From the NCBI GenBank assembly GCA_013821605.1, contig JACDGP010000005.1:14099-78098 (forward strand): DNA of 64,000 bases, read 5' to 3'. This DNA comes from Herpetosiphonaceae bacterium. GTDB lineage: Bacteria > Chloroflexota > Chloroflexia > Chloroflexales > Kallotenuaceae. The translations under genes were made by a program, and so were the position numbers. This document shows, one piece after another, positions 18,520-28,302 of the stretch (position 1 is the first letter of the stretch; each line of letters begins with the position of its first letter). Below the pieces are notes generated by a model. That model was not told the origin of the DNA. It saw nothing but the letters and a program-made list of their open reading frames with translations, and did no database searches.

Positions 18520-20913
18520 ATGCGGGGAGCATCAACCGATGGCCAGTTGGGAAGATACACCGGTAGTGGCCCGGTCGACGAACGCTTCCACGCGCAATAC
18601 CACGGCTTACCGATCCCCACCTATATCTGGCAGTACACCGGTACCAGCTTTGTGATGAGGGACTGTAACGACGCGGCAGATAGAATGAACGATGGCCGGA
18701 GCGGGCAGTTGCTCGGGAAGACAAGCAACGAGCTTTTTGGCACCACCTCGCCCATTGTGGCAGAGATCGAGCGTAGCTTCGTCGAACGGACCACGTTCAG
18801 CCGCGAGATGACCCACCGTTTGATCGCGACAGGCGCGACGCGGGAGCTGAATGTCACCTATGTCTTCGTTCCGCCCGATCTGGTGCTGGTACACACAGAA
18901 GACATTACCGAACGGCGCCGGATGGAAGCGGCACTGCGGGCTGAGGGTGAGCGGCTCGCTGCGGTGGTCGCAACACAGAATGCCATCGCGATGGCAGGAA
19001 ATGATCTGCCGGCGATGATGCACTTGGTCGTGGAGCGCGCACGGGAGCTGACTCGTGCGGGAGGAGCGGTGGTCGACCTAGCCGAAGGCGACGAGATGGT
19101 CTGCCATGCGGTATCTGGAACGGCAGCCACACATCTCGGCCTGCGGCTCAAGATCGATGGGAGCCTTTCCGGTCGTTGCGTCCGAACCGGCGAGATCCTC
19201 GAATGCGTCGATAGCGAGCTTGACCCACGTGTTGACCGGGCTGCTTCCCAACGCATCGGGGTGCGCTCACTGATCGTCGTGCCCCTGTGCACGCACGGCG
19301 TTACCTGCGGTGTGCTCAAGGTCTTCTCTGCCGTGCCGTCGGCCTTCGATGAGCGCGACGTCGACACCTTGCAACTCATGGCAGGGCTAGTCGGTGCCGC
19401 GCTCAGTAACGCGACCGCGTTCGAAACGAAGCAAGCACTGCTAACAGGGCGCACGGACGCCCTGGCTGCGCTGGAGGCCAGCGCAGCACGATTCCGCTCG
19501 CTGGTGCAGAATGCTGCGGACGTTATTGGCGTGATCGATGCGACAGGAATCACAACGTATCAAAGTCCATCGGTCGAGCGTGTCCTGGGCTACCATCCCG
19601 ACGAGTTGATTGGTCGGAACAGCCTCTGGCTGCTCCACCCGGAGGATGAGGCGCGCGTCTACCAGCTCCTGGGCGGCACACGGTCTCCGGCCTCCCCGAC
19701 GGTCATGGAGTTTCGTGTACGCCATAAAGATGGCTCGTGGCGAGTGATCGAAGCGAACAGCACGAACCGGCTGCACGATCCGGCGATCGGCGGGATCGTC
19801 ATCAACTACCGGGACGTTACAGAACGGAAGCGCGCCGAAGATGTGCAGCGTCGGCTGGCTGTGATTGTCGAGTCCTCAGCCGACGCCATCCTAAGCGCTA
19901 CGCTCGATGAGCGTATTCTCAGTTGGAACCCTGCTGCGGAACTGCTCTACGGCTATGCTGCGGATGAGATGGTCGGACAACTCAAGAGCATCCTGGTACC
20001 ACCTGACCGGCTTGAGGAGACGCAACTCCTGCTTGAGCGTGTGGCGCAAGGTGAACGCATCGTGCAACATGAGACTGTGCGGCGACGCAAGGATGGCACG
20101 CTGATCGACGTGGCACTTTCCTATGCTCCGCTTAGCGATACGACCGGCGTAATCGCTGGCTTCTCGGTCATTGCCCGCGATATTAGCGAGCGTAAACAGA
20201 TCGACCGCATGAAGAATGAGTTCATTTCGACGGTCAGCCATGAGTTGCGTACGCCGCTTACCTCGATCCTTGGGGCGCTTGGGCTTGTCGCCGGTGGCGT
20301 CACCGGCAGCCTGCCGGTCCAAGCTCAGACGATGCTCGACATCGCCTATACCAACTCTGAGCGCCTCGGGCGGCTCATCAATGACATCCTCGACATCGAG
20401 AAGATCGAGTCCGGCAAGCTACGCTTCGACCGCAAGCGCCTGACGCTGATGCCCCTCGTTGAGCAGGCGATCGAGGCCAACCGAGCTTATGCAGGCCCTT
20501 TCGGCGTTATCTTCACGCTCACACAAACGGTGGCCGACGCCGTCGTCTACACGGACCCCGATCGTCTGATGCAGGTTCTGACGAACTTGCTCTCGAACGC
20601 CGCGAAGTTCTCGCCGCGGGACGGGGTGGTGACGGTCGCCGTGACGCGCGAGGCAGAGATTGTGCGTATTGCCGTCGGTGATCAGGGGAGCGGTGTCCCG
20701 CTCGAGTTCCACGCTCGCATCTTCCAAAAATTCGCGCAGGCCGACAGTTCGGACACGCGTCAGAAGGGTGGCACCGGCTTGGGCTTGAACATCACCAAGG
20801 CGATCATCGAGAGATTAGGAGGTCAGATCGGCTTCACCAGCGTCCCCGGTGCCGGAGCGAGCTTTTTCGTTGACCTCCCTTTGATCGAGGGGCAGCAGAG
20901 TATGCTCAAGTAG
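18520..20913 (+). CDS. Multi-sensor (PAS-GAF-PAS-PAS) histidine kinase
   Basis: H-box VSHELRTPL, LSNAAKFS, GDQGSGVP, GGTGLGLNI. A GAF-like segment lies near 19000-19400 and PAS repeats near 19450-20150. I chose ATG 18520 because the longer ORF overlaps the methyltransferase gene. Confidence 0.9.
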   Translation: MRGASTDGQLGRYTGSGPVDERFHAQYHGLPIPTYIWQYTGTSFVMRDCNDAADRMNDGRSGQLLGKTSNELFGTTSPIVAEIERSFVERTTFSREMTHRLIATGATRELNVTYVFVPPDLVLVHTEDITERRRMEAALRAEGERLAAVVATQNAIAMAGNDLPAMMHLVVERARELTRAGGAVVDLAEGDEMVCHAVSGTAATHLGLRLKIDGSLSGRCVRTGEILECVDSELDPRVDRAASQRIGVRSLIVVPLCTHGVTCGVLKVFSAVPSAFDERDVDTLQLMAGLVGAALSNATAFETKQALLTGRTDALAALEASAARFRSLVQNAADVIGVIDATGITTYQSPSVERVLGYHPDELIGRNSLWLLHPEDEARVYQLLGGTRSPASPTVMEFRVRHKDGSWRVIEANSTNRLHDPAIGGIVINYRDVTERKRAEDVQRRLAVIVESSADAILSATLDERILSWNPAAELLYGYAADEMVGQLKSILVPPDRLEETQLLLERVAQGERIVQHETVRRRKDGTLIDVALSYAPLSDTTGVIAGFSVIARDISERKQIDRMKNEFISTVSHELRTPLTSILGALGLVAGGVTGSLPVQAQTMLDIAYTNSERLGRLINDILDIEKIESGKLRFDRKRLTLMPLVEQAIEANRAYAGPFGVIFTLTQTVADAVVYTDPDRLMQVLTNLLSNAAKFSPRDGVVTVAVTREAEIVRIAVGDQGSGVPLEFHARIFQKFAQADSSDTRQKGGTGLGLNITKAIIERLGGQIGFTSVPGAGASFFVDLPLIEGQQSMLK

Positions 20914-21076
20914 GTTTTACCTACCGATGACCGGTGTGCAACTTCAGCTGCGCCCTCGCGAAGACAGAGCTCGTGTGTAGGTGGTAAACTGCTCTGCATG
21001 GCTTTGCTCCACAGTTGTAATGTGTATGCGTGCTGCCATGCTGTTCAGGGATGGGGGAGCATAGGAAGAGTGCGCC

Positions 21077-22294
21077 GTGAAGTATTGTGTTGAATGTGGG
21101 GCCGCCCTACCTGCACGGGGACCGCGCTGCCTGTTGTGCCAGGCGCCGGTGGCACAGGCGGCCGTGCCTGTACATAGACAAAGCGCAGCAGCCGCACCTG
21201 CGCGTATGCAGCGTCCTCAACCACTGCCACGTGTCTCGCGGCTGCCTGAGCCACCCTATAGTCGCTCCCAACGCTCCGCGAGCAAAAGCCGGATGGCATG
21301 GGGCTGTCTGCCGTTGATCGTGGGGATCGTGTTGTTGCTGAGCTTCGGGCTGTTCCAGTTGATCGGGCCGGCGCTTGAGGCACTGGCTCCGCCTGCATCG
21401 CAGAGCCCCAAGGACGCCGGCACGACAGTCGTGGCTGTAGCGGCAGTCGCTGCCACAACGGCTCCTTTCCGGACCGCTGTTGAATCAGTTGTGCCGGTGC
21501 TTGCTCCCACGGCTACGCTTGTTCCACGCGCGACCAGCCGACCGATGACGGCTGTAGCTCGGCCATCGCCGACGGGTTCTCCGACGGCGACCGTGCTGCC
21601 CTCGGCAACCGACCTGCTACCCTCGGCGACTGATGTTCCGCTCACGGCGACAGGCCGGCCCGCACCTGCCCCCCTGCCGCAGGTGGAGCAGCATGTCCAG
21701 GTGGGCGATGTACGCTATACGGTGCTGCAGATCGAGTCAGATGGTCAGCAGATCGACAGTCCGACGTCGTCGTATACGACGGAGGGGATGTATGTGCGTG
21801 TCCGGGTCCAGGCAGAAGATACCGGGACCGAGGTGCAGACCGCGTTCTATCCTACCTTGGTCGACAGCCAGCAGCGGCTGTTTACGCCGTTCACGAGTGT
21901 GGCTACGCGGGGCTTTGTGCCCGGCGATGAGCGGTGTACTGAACTCATTACGCTGACGCCAAACGCGCCCGTGGTGTGCCAATTCATTTATGAGGTACCG
22001 CAGGATGCAACGGGGCTCCGGCTCCGGACCGTGCCTTACGTCGAAGCAGACGTCGCCACTGCAACTCGTGGTGCACCGACGGCCGTGCCTACCCCAAGCG
22101 CGACACGTGGTATCTCCAGCAAACCCGCCGTCGCTACGCCAACTCGTGGTGCACGGACGGCCGTGCCTACCCCAAGCGCTGCCAGTGGTACCCGGATCGG
22201 CGCAGTTTGTAACGATGGCTCGCACGTAAAAGCCACCGGGAAGATTGCTTGTGTGCTGCACGGTGGCGTCAACCATTGGATTTTGGCACCATAA
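21077..22294 (+). CDS. Zinc-ribbon / TM / Pro-Thr-rich / DUF4352-like / DUF3761-like modular membrane protein
   Basis: GTG start. N-terminal MKYCVECGAALPARGPRCLLCQ, TM WGCLPLIVGIVLLLSFGLF, a beta-rich domain, and C-terminal CNDGSHVKATGKIACVLHGGVNHW. Confidence 0.75.
   Translation: MKYCVECGAALPARGPRCLLCQAPVAQAAVPVHRQSAAAAPARMQRPQPLPRVSRLPEPPYSRSQRSASKSRMAWGCLPLIVGIVLLLSFGLFQLIGPALEALAPPASQSPKDAGTTVVAVAAVAATTAPFRTAVESVVPVLAPTATLVPRATSRPMTAVARPSPTGSPTATVLPSATDLLPSATDVPLTATGRPAPAPLPQVEQHVQVGDVRYTVLQIESDGQQIDSPTSSYTTEGMYVRVRVQAEDTGTEVQTAFYPTLVDSQQRLFTPFTSVATRGFVPGDERCTELITLTPNAPVVCQFIYEVPQDATGLRLRTVPYVEADVATATRGAPTAVPTPSATRGISSKPAVATPTRGARTAVPTPSAASGTRIGAVCNDGSHVKATGKIACVLHGGVNHWILAP
22062..22179 (+). 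repeat. 78-nt-period direct repeat inside the 21077 CDS
   Basis: The 40-nt unit CAACTCGTGGTGCAC[C/G]GACGGCCGTGCCTACCCCAAGCGC occurs at 22062-22101 and 22140-22179 with one mismatch. It encodes TRGA(P/R)TAVPTPSA twice. Confidence 0.95.
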
Positions 22295-22305
22295 AGGAGC
22301 TATGT

Positions 22306-23226
22306 ATGCACAACATTCGTGAACGGCTGGCGCTGGAAATCGAAGGTGAGGAGTTGCGACCACTGGTGGCCGAGCAGGTGCTTGAGCGGCTAGCGACGGG
22401 TGCGCGTTGGGCAGAAGGTCCGATCTGGGTGGAGGCCGGAGACTATCTGCTCTTCAGCGACATTCCTAATAACACGATCCAGCGCTGGGATGAGAGCAAC
22501 GGCATCAGCGTCTTTCGCAATCCGAGCGGCTTCGCCAATGGTAATACGCTCGACCGCGAAGGACGGCTGCTGAGCTGTGAGCACCAAAGCCGCCGTGTGT
22601 CGCGGACCGAAGCGGACGGCACGATTGTCGCTGTAGCATCCCACTACCAGGGGAAGCGCCTGAATAGCCCGAATGATGTCGTGGTGAAGTCGGATGGCAG
22701 CATTTATTTCACCGATCCTTGCTATGGGCAGAAGCCCGATGAGGGCGACTGCGGGCCGTCGGAAGTAGAGTGGCAGGGCGTGTATCGCGTGCAACCGGAC
22801 GGATCGGAGTTGCAGTTGTTGATCGCGGATCTGCGGGCACCCAACGGCCTCGTGTTTTCGCCGGATGAAAGCAAGCTCTATGTGGATGACTCCGAAGATA
22901 AGTTCGTGCGGGTTTATGATGTGCAAGCGGACGGGACGGTGGCACATGGGCGTGACGTAGCGCGCGAGATGGGGAAGCATGCCGATGGCCCGGGTGGCCC
23001 CGATGGTATGAAGGTTGATGCGGACGGGCGGCTCTGGGCGACAGGTGCAGGGGGCATATGGGTCTTCGATCCCACAGGGCGCAAGCTTGGCGTACTGCGC
23101 ATGCCGGAGGCTGTGGCGAATCTGAATTGGGGCGGGCCGAAGCGCTCGACGCTTTATCTGGCGGCCAGCACCTCCTTGTACCGTGTGCAGTTGAATGTGG
23201 CAGGAGCGGCGCGACCGGGCGTATGA
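22306..23226 (+). CDS. SMP-30/gluconolactonase/LRE-like beta-propeller protein
   Basis: AEGPIWVEAGDYLLFSDIPNN, PNDVVVKSDGSIYFTDP, PNGLVFSPDESKLYV. ATG 22306 follows AAAGGAG. Confidence 0.88.
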   Translation: MHNIRERLALEIEGEELRPLVAEQVLERLATGARWAEGPIWVEAGDYLLFSDIPNNTIQRWDESNGISVFRNPSGFANGNTLDREGRLLSCEHQSRRVSRTEADGTIVAVASHYQGKRLNSPNDVVVKSDGSIYFTDPCYGQKPDEGDCGPSEVEWQGVYRVQPDGSELQLLIADLRAPNGLVFSPDESKLYVDDSEDKFVRVYDVQADGTVAHGRDVAREMGKHADGPGGPDGMKVDADGRLWATGAGGIWVFDPTGRKLGVLRMPEAVANLNWGGPKRSTLYLAASTSLYRVQLNVAGAARPGV

Positions 23227-23271
23227 CCAAGAAGAGGTTGCTGAGAATGTCTTGCTTGCATTGCTAGCAAT

Positions 23272-23466
23272 AAGGGGAGGGGTGCGCCACGCCGCTAAGA
23301 CCGCATCAAGCTCCGCAGCTGCCAGGCTGACGTGACTCGAACTGACCGCAACGCCACACAACTGCTCAGTAATGGCGACCACCTTGCGCGTCGACACCCC
23401 CTGGACAGACATCTCGGCTAAAGCAAGCTTGAGCACCCGCTCGTGCACCAGAAGCAGCCGCAGCAA
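23272..23466 (-). mobile_element. IS256-family (mutator-type) transposase internal fragment
   Basis: ERVLKLALAEMSVQGVSTRKVVAITEQLCGVAVSSSHVSLAAAELDAVLAAWRTPPL matches the conserved LALAEMYVQGVSTRKV..ITE.LCG block of IS256 transposases. A stop codon lies directly upstream, and neither the N-terminal part nor the DDE part is present. Confidence 0.7.
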
Positions 23467-23495
23467 TCATTCATAGCAGCCCAACCTCACGCGTA

Positions 23496-24032
23496 TCAGA
23501 ATAGGTTTGGTCTCCGTCGCCGGAGGTGCAGTCCGCCAACCAGCATCAGTCCCCCTAGGATGCTCATGGCAACCGGCCAAGGCCAATCGGTGGCAGCGGC
23601 CGCCGGCAGGCGTACTGGGCCAGAGGTTGTCACCGTGAAGGTAGCATAGACCCGTACAGGCGGACCTCCCGTTGTATAGTCGGGGACTGCAACGACGGGC
23701 TGCTGGTATCCGACTGGCTTCGGGTCTCTGACCGGATCACAGGCAAGCACGGGCACTGCGAAGGTTCCATCCCGTGCCACTCGAACATCGGCCAGTACTG
23801 GCCCGTTATCACCGCCACGCTGCACCTGCACATGTGTCCCCGCTAGCCATCCCCTGCCCTTCGCCAACACATGTATCCCACACGGTCCATATGCCGGTTC
23901 AAGCAGCATAGTAGGACCGGCAGCCAGCACTGGCTGGGCATGGAGTGATCGCAATCCGACAAGGACCAGCAGGGCAATCAGCAGGCCCACTATTCTACGC
24001 CCGCTAGATGTATGTGTACATTGTGCGATCAT
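23496..24032 (-). CDS. Secreted protein with a C-terminal hydrophobic anchor and basic tail
   Basis: Signal peptide RRIVGLLIALLVLVGLRSLHA. C-terminus LPAAAATDWPWPVAMSILGGLMLVGGLHLRRRRP. GAAAGGAAAG precedes the ATG. Confidence 0.7.
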   Translation of the reverse strand: MIAQCTHTSSGRRIVGLLIALLVLVGLRSLHAQPVLAAGPTMLLEPAYGPCGIHVLAKGRGWLAGTHVQVQRGGDNGPVLADVRVARDGTFAVPVLACDPVRDPKPVGYQQPVVAVPDYTTGGPPVRVYATFTVTTSGPVRLPAAAATDWPWPVAMSILGGLMLVGGLHLRRRRPNLF

Positions 24033-24573
24033 CGAACTTTCCTTTCATGCGGAAGTAAACCCCAAAGGGACTTCCTCTAACAGGGTTCAGTCAACGAATA
24101 TATGGTGGTGGTCGCTAATGATACTCCTGTCCATGCAACATGGTGGGGACTGTGGCGACCTCAACCGCCGCATCAGCACGTGCTCCGCCTTCCCCTTCCT
24201 ACCTCGTCAGTGATGGTCGACTATGAGCTACCCACGAGTTTCTTTCGATCAGCTACTCCGACACTCATCTTGACCGATGATCATGGCAACAAATACACCT
24301 ACCGGCGCATCAGTTACTGTTCAACTGAGATGGAACCGCCCTGCGGATTGGACAAGGCCCTGAAATAGTGTGCAGGGCGTTACTGTACCCTTCCACCCCA
24401 TCACTGCCTACACGCCAATCACGTCTTTTTCTCCATATAATTGCGGCATGGCATCTTGCATATCGCTGACAATCCCCTTTGGACCATTCTGCTACAATCT
24501 ATGCACCCTCCTGCCCGTGGCTTCGGGTGCGAGGGCTGTACAGATTGTCTGGCCCAGTGAAAGGAGCCAACAG

Positions 24574-26337
24574 ATGTCTCGATCCAATCTACTCGTACGG
24601 ATGCTGGCGATGCTGGCCGTGGTGGCTGTCGTGCTGGCGGCCTGCGGTGGTCCAACCGCGCCCACGAGCACCGGAGCGACTACAGCTCCGGTAGCCTCCG
24701 CTGCTGCTGGTGTGACGACTGCTCCGGCAGCCGTGACCGAAGCACCAACGACTATGACGACGGCGACCGCAGTGGTAGCCGCGACCGCTGGAACTACCAC
24801 CGCCGAGGCTGCAACGTCAGGTGCGGCGGTGAGTCCGCAGCAAACGCTGCTCTTCTCGGGCGATCTTTCCGACCAGATCTCGCTCGACCCGGCCGTCGCC
24901 TATGAGTTCGGTGGTATCCAGGTCGTGGGGCAGACCTACGAGACCCTGGTCAGTCCCGATCCGGGCAACCCAACGCTCAAGCCGCTGCTGGCCAAGAAAT
25001 GGGATACCAAAGACAGTGGCGATATGTGGACGGTCACCTTTAACTTGGACGAGAAGGCGAAGTTCGCAAGTGGTCGCTCCGTGACGGCCGACGATGTCGT
25101 GTATTCATGGAGTCGCGCGCTTGACCTCAACAAGTCGCCCGCCTTCCTCTTCAGCGATATCTCGAAGCTCAAGAAAGAGAATATCAAGGCCGTCGACCCG
25201 CAGACGGTCGAGGTCAGGTTGCCCAAGACGGCTAGCCCGACGGTCTTCCTGTCGATCTGCAGCTTTACCCTCGCTGCGGTCGTAGACAAGCAGGTTGTGC
25301 AAGCGAACGCCGGCAGCGATATGGGCTCGACCTGGCTCAACGACCACTCTGCCGGTAGTGGACCCTATGTCCTCGACCGCTGGGAGCGCAGTACGCAGGT
25401 CACACTCAACGCCAACCCCACCTACTGGGGCACGGCTCCCGCGCTCAAGCGGGTGATCATGCGCAACGTCACCGAGGTATCGAACCTCCAGTCGGCCATC
25501 GAAACCGGTGATGCCGATATCGTGCAGGATCTCGGCGCCGAACAGGTCAAAGCCCTCGCGAATAATCCCGACGCGCAGGTCGTTAAGGCCGACTCGACCT
25601 TATTGGTCTACATCGGGATGAACGCCAAGTCGCCCCCACTGGACAAGCCCGAGGTGCGCGAGGCGATCCGCTACGCCATCAACTACGACGAAATCGTTAA
25701 CAACCTCCTCGGTGGCAACGGCAAGCTCGTGCAGGAGATCATCCCTAATGGCCTCTTTGGCCATACCGGCGAGAACCCCTTCAAGCAGGATGTCGCCAAG
25801 GCCAAGGATATGCTGACCAAAGCCGGTGTCGCCGCAGGCACCCAGATCGAGCTCCTGATCCCTGCCGGACCGGCCCCGGGCGGTATCGACTGGAGCATCT
25901 TGGCCGCCAAGGTCCAGTCCGATCTACAGCAGATCGGCCTCAAGATCAATATCAAGCAGATCCAGCAATCCGAACTACTCAACACCTATCGTGCCCAAAA
26001 GGGCCAGATGGTGATGATCAACTGGGGACCCGACTTCCCAGATCCCGATGGCAACGTAACGCCCTTCACCAGCTACGCCGCCAAGTCAATTGCCTGGCGT
26101 AATGCCTGGGATGCGCCTGATATCGCCAAGCTCGGTCAGGATGCCGCCCTGGAACAAGACAACACCAAGCGTGCCGCGCTCTACAAGCAGCTCACCGAAC
26201 GTGTACTCCACGAAGGTCCCTACGTCATCCTTTACCAGCCGACGCGTGCCTTCGGCGTCCGCAAGAACGTCCAAGGCTTTACCTACGATCCGGCCGACAC
26301 CCCGTCGATCTCCTTCTGGCGCATTAGCAAGCAGTAG
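24574..26337 (+). CDS. ABC transporter substrate-binding lipoprotein, family 5 (peptide/nickel, DppA/OppA-like)
   Basis: ATG 24574 follows AAAGGAG. Lipobox VVLAACGG and a Thr/Ala-rich linker. SBP_bac_5-like body (TLVSPDPGN..LKPLLAKKW, VTADDVVYSW). Confidence 0.9.
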   Translation: MSRSNLLVRMLAMLAVVAVVLAACGGPTAPTSTGATTAPVASAAAGVTTAPAAVTEAPTTMTTATAVVAATAGTTTAEAATSGAAVSPQQTLLFSGDLSDQISLDPAVAYEFGGIQVVGQTYETLVSPDPGNPTLKPLLAKKWDTKDSGDMWTVTFNLDEKAKFASGRSVTADDVVYSWSRALDLNKSPAFLFSDISKLKKENIKAVDPQTVEVRLPKTASPTVFLSICSFTLAAVVDKQVVQANAGSDMGSTWLNDHSAGSGPYVLDRWERSTQVTLNANPTYWGTAPALKRVIMRNVTEVSNLQSAIETGDADIVQDLGAEQVKALANNPDAQVVKADSTLLVYIGMNAKSPPLDKPEVREAIRYAINYDEIVNNLLGGNGKLVQEIIPNGLFGHTGENPFKQDVAKAKDMLTKAGVAAGTQIELLIPAGPAPGGIDWSILAAKVQSDLQQIGLKINIKQIQQSELLNTYRAQKGQMVMINWGPDFPDPDGNVTPFTSYAAKSIAWRNAWDAPDIAKLGQDAALEQDNTKRAALYKQLTERVLHEGPYVILYQPTRAFGVRKNVQGFTYDPADTPSISFWRISKQ

Positions 26338-26346
26338 AGGGGCACG

Positions 26347-27354
26347 ATGGCACGCTTTCTGATCCGTCGCCTGGCCGGCCTCGTCCTAGTGCTGGCAGGT
26401 GTTTCGGTCATTACCTTCGCCCTCACGCAGGTAGTGCCGATCGATCCTGCCCTCGCCGCGCTGGGCCAGAATGCGCGTGAGGATCAGATTCAGGCCTTTC
26501 GCCACGCATACGGGCTGGACCGGCCTCCGGTCCAGCAATACATCTCCTACATTGGGCGGTTGCTGCACGGCAACTTCGGTCTGTCGATTCGCACGCGCCG
26601 CCCCGTCGCTGATGACTTGCGCGACTACATGCCAGCAACGATCGAGCTCTCGCTGGCCGCAATGGGTGTCTCGCTCCTGCTCGGTATCTCTCTGGGCATC
26701 GTCGCGGCGGTGCAGCACAACGGCTGGGTCGACGGCCTGGCGCGCATCTTCGCGCTCGTCGGCGGCTCCCTCCCAATCTTCTTTCTCGGGCTGCTGGTGC
26801 TCGCGCTCTTCTATACCAAGCTGCGCTGGCTGCCGGGACCTGGCCGGCTCGATCCCTATCTCACACCGCCGCCCCGCGTCACCGGCATGTATACCATAGA
26901 TAGCCTGCTGGCCCGTAATGGACCGACGCTCCGGAGCAGCCTGCTCCATCTGGTGCTGCCTGCGCTCACCCTGGGCTACTTCTCGACAGCCGTACTCCTG
27001 CGCATGACGCGCTCTGCCATGTTGGAGGTCCTGCAACAGGATTACGTGCGCACGGCGCGCGCGAAAGGACTGCGTGGCAGCGTCGTGCTGCTACGGCATG
27101 CCTTGAAAAACTCCATGATTCCGGTCCTGACCACTATCGGCGTGACCTTCGGCAGCCTGCTGTCGGGTGCCGTCCTTACCGAAACGATCTTTGCCTGGCC
27201 GGGCCTCGGTCGCTATGCTACGGCTTCGGCAGTGAGCCTGGACTTCCCGGCCGTGATGGGCGTGACGTTGGTCTCCGCCGTGGTCTACCCGGTCGTCAAC
27301 CTGCTGGTGGACATCGGCTACCACGTGCTCGATCCGCGTATAGGCGTGGGCTAG
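26347..27354 (+). CDS. ABC transporter permease (DppB/OppB-like)
   Basis: MARFLIRRL start typical of the family. DYVRTARAKGL motif. 6 TM segments. Confidence 0.92.
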   Translation: MARFLIRRLAGLVLVLAGVSVITFALTQVVPIDPALAALGQNAREDQIQAFRHAYGLDRPPVQQYISYIGRLLHGNFGLSIRTRRPVADDLRDYMPATIELSLAAMGVSLLLGISLGIVAAVQHNGWVDGLARIFALVGGSLPIFFLGLLVLALFYTKLRWLPGPGRLDPYLTPPPRVTGMYTIDSLLARNGPTLRSSLLHLVLPALTLGYFSTAVLLRMTRSAMLEVLQQDYVRTARAKGLRGSVVLLRHALKNSMIPVLTTIGVTFGSLLSGAVLTETIFAWPGLGRYATASAVSLDFPAVMGVTLVSAVVYPVVNLLVDIGYHVLDPRIGVG

Positions 27355-27370
27355 GAATGCGTATGGCACA

Positions 27371-28261
27371 ATGGCTATAACCAACACCCCGGTCGCGCTC
27401 ACAGCTGCAGACGAGCCGGCACCGGTCGTGCGACGGCGCCGTATCGGCCAAAGCTTTCGCCAGCCCGCCGTCGTGGCCGGCATCATCGTGCTGGTCGTCT
27501 TCGCGCTGGCAGCGCTCTTCGCACCCCTGCTTAGCCCCAGCGATCCCCTAGTCCAGCAGGTCATAAACGGTCTGCAACCCCCCTCGGCCTCGCATCTCAT
27601 GGGCACCGACAAGCTTGGCCGGGACATCTTCAGCCGCATGCTGTATGGCACCCGCATTTCGCTGCTCGTCGGCGTCGGCGTGGTCGCTATCGCCGCCGGC
27701 CTCGGCACCCTGCTCGGTTTAGTAGCGGGCTATGCCGGTGGCCTGGCCGATGAACTGGTGATGCGTATCACGGATATCTTCTTCGCCTTTCCTGCGCTCA
27801 TTCTGGCGATGGCCATCGCCGCCGCCCTGGGTCCCAACCTGCGCAATGCCCTGATTGCAATCGCGGCGGTTACCTGGCCGGTCTATGCTCGCCTGATTCG
27901 CGGCCAGGTGCTCTCGCTTAAAGAGCGCGAGTTCGTGCTGGCGGCGCGCTCGATCGGCGTTCCACGCTGGCGCATCATCCTGCGCCACCTGCTGCCGAAC
28001 GCGCTTGCTCCCTTGCTGGTGCAATCGACCTTCGACCTAGGGGCGGCGATTACTGCGGTAGCGGGGCTTTCGTTCATCGGCTTCGGGGCGCAGCCGCCGA
28101 CACCCGAGTGGGGCGTGATGATCAGCGAAGGCCGCAACTACCTTGCAACCCAGTGGTGGCTCGCCACCTTCCCCGCCCTCGGCATTCTGCTGGTGGTCGC
28201 AGGCTTCAACCTGCTCGGCGATGGTCTGCGTGACGCGCTCGATCCCCGCCTCCGCAAATAA
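27371..28261 (+). CDS. ABC transporter permease (DppC/OppC-like)
   Basis: HLMGTDKLGRDIFSRMLYG and EFVLAARSIGVPRWRIILRHLLPN motifs. Confidence 0.92.
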   Translation: MAITNTPVALTAADEPAPVVRRRRIGQSFRQPAVVAGIIVLVVFALAALFAPLLSPSDPLVQQVINGLQPPSASHLMGTDKLGRDIFSRMLYGTRISLLVGVGVVAIAAGLGTLLGLVAGYAGGLADELVMRITDIFFAFPALILAMAIAAALGPNLRNALIAIAAVTWPVYARLIRGQVLSLKEREFVLAARSIGVPRWRIILRHLLPNALAPLLVQSTFDLGAAITAVAGLSFIGFGAQPPTPEWGVMISEGRNYLATQWWLATFPALGILLVVAGFNLLGDGLRDALDPRLRK

Positions 28262-28302
28262 CAGCAGCAACCCTTTAGCATACAACAGGAAGGACACAAG
28301 CT

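Noticed and set aside
22390-23271. Remainder of the 358-aa minus-strand ORF downstream of the IS256-like block
   Set aside because: Only the first 65 or so codons look like transposase. The rest is antisense to the SMP-30/gluconolactonase-like gene and reads as noise.
24102-24368. 88-aa ORF in the long region upstream of the ABC substrate-binding gene
   Set aside because: It has no RBS and no recognisable motif. A promoter-like extended -10 (TGCTACAAT, about 24494-24502) lies downstream of it, so I leave it uncalled. It could be a degraded gene fragment.
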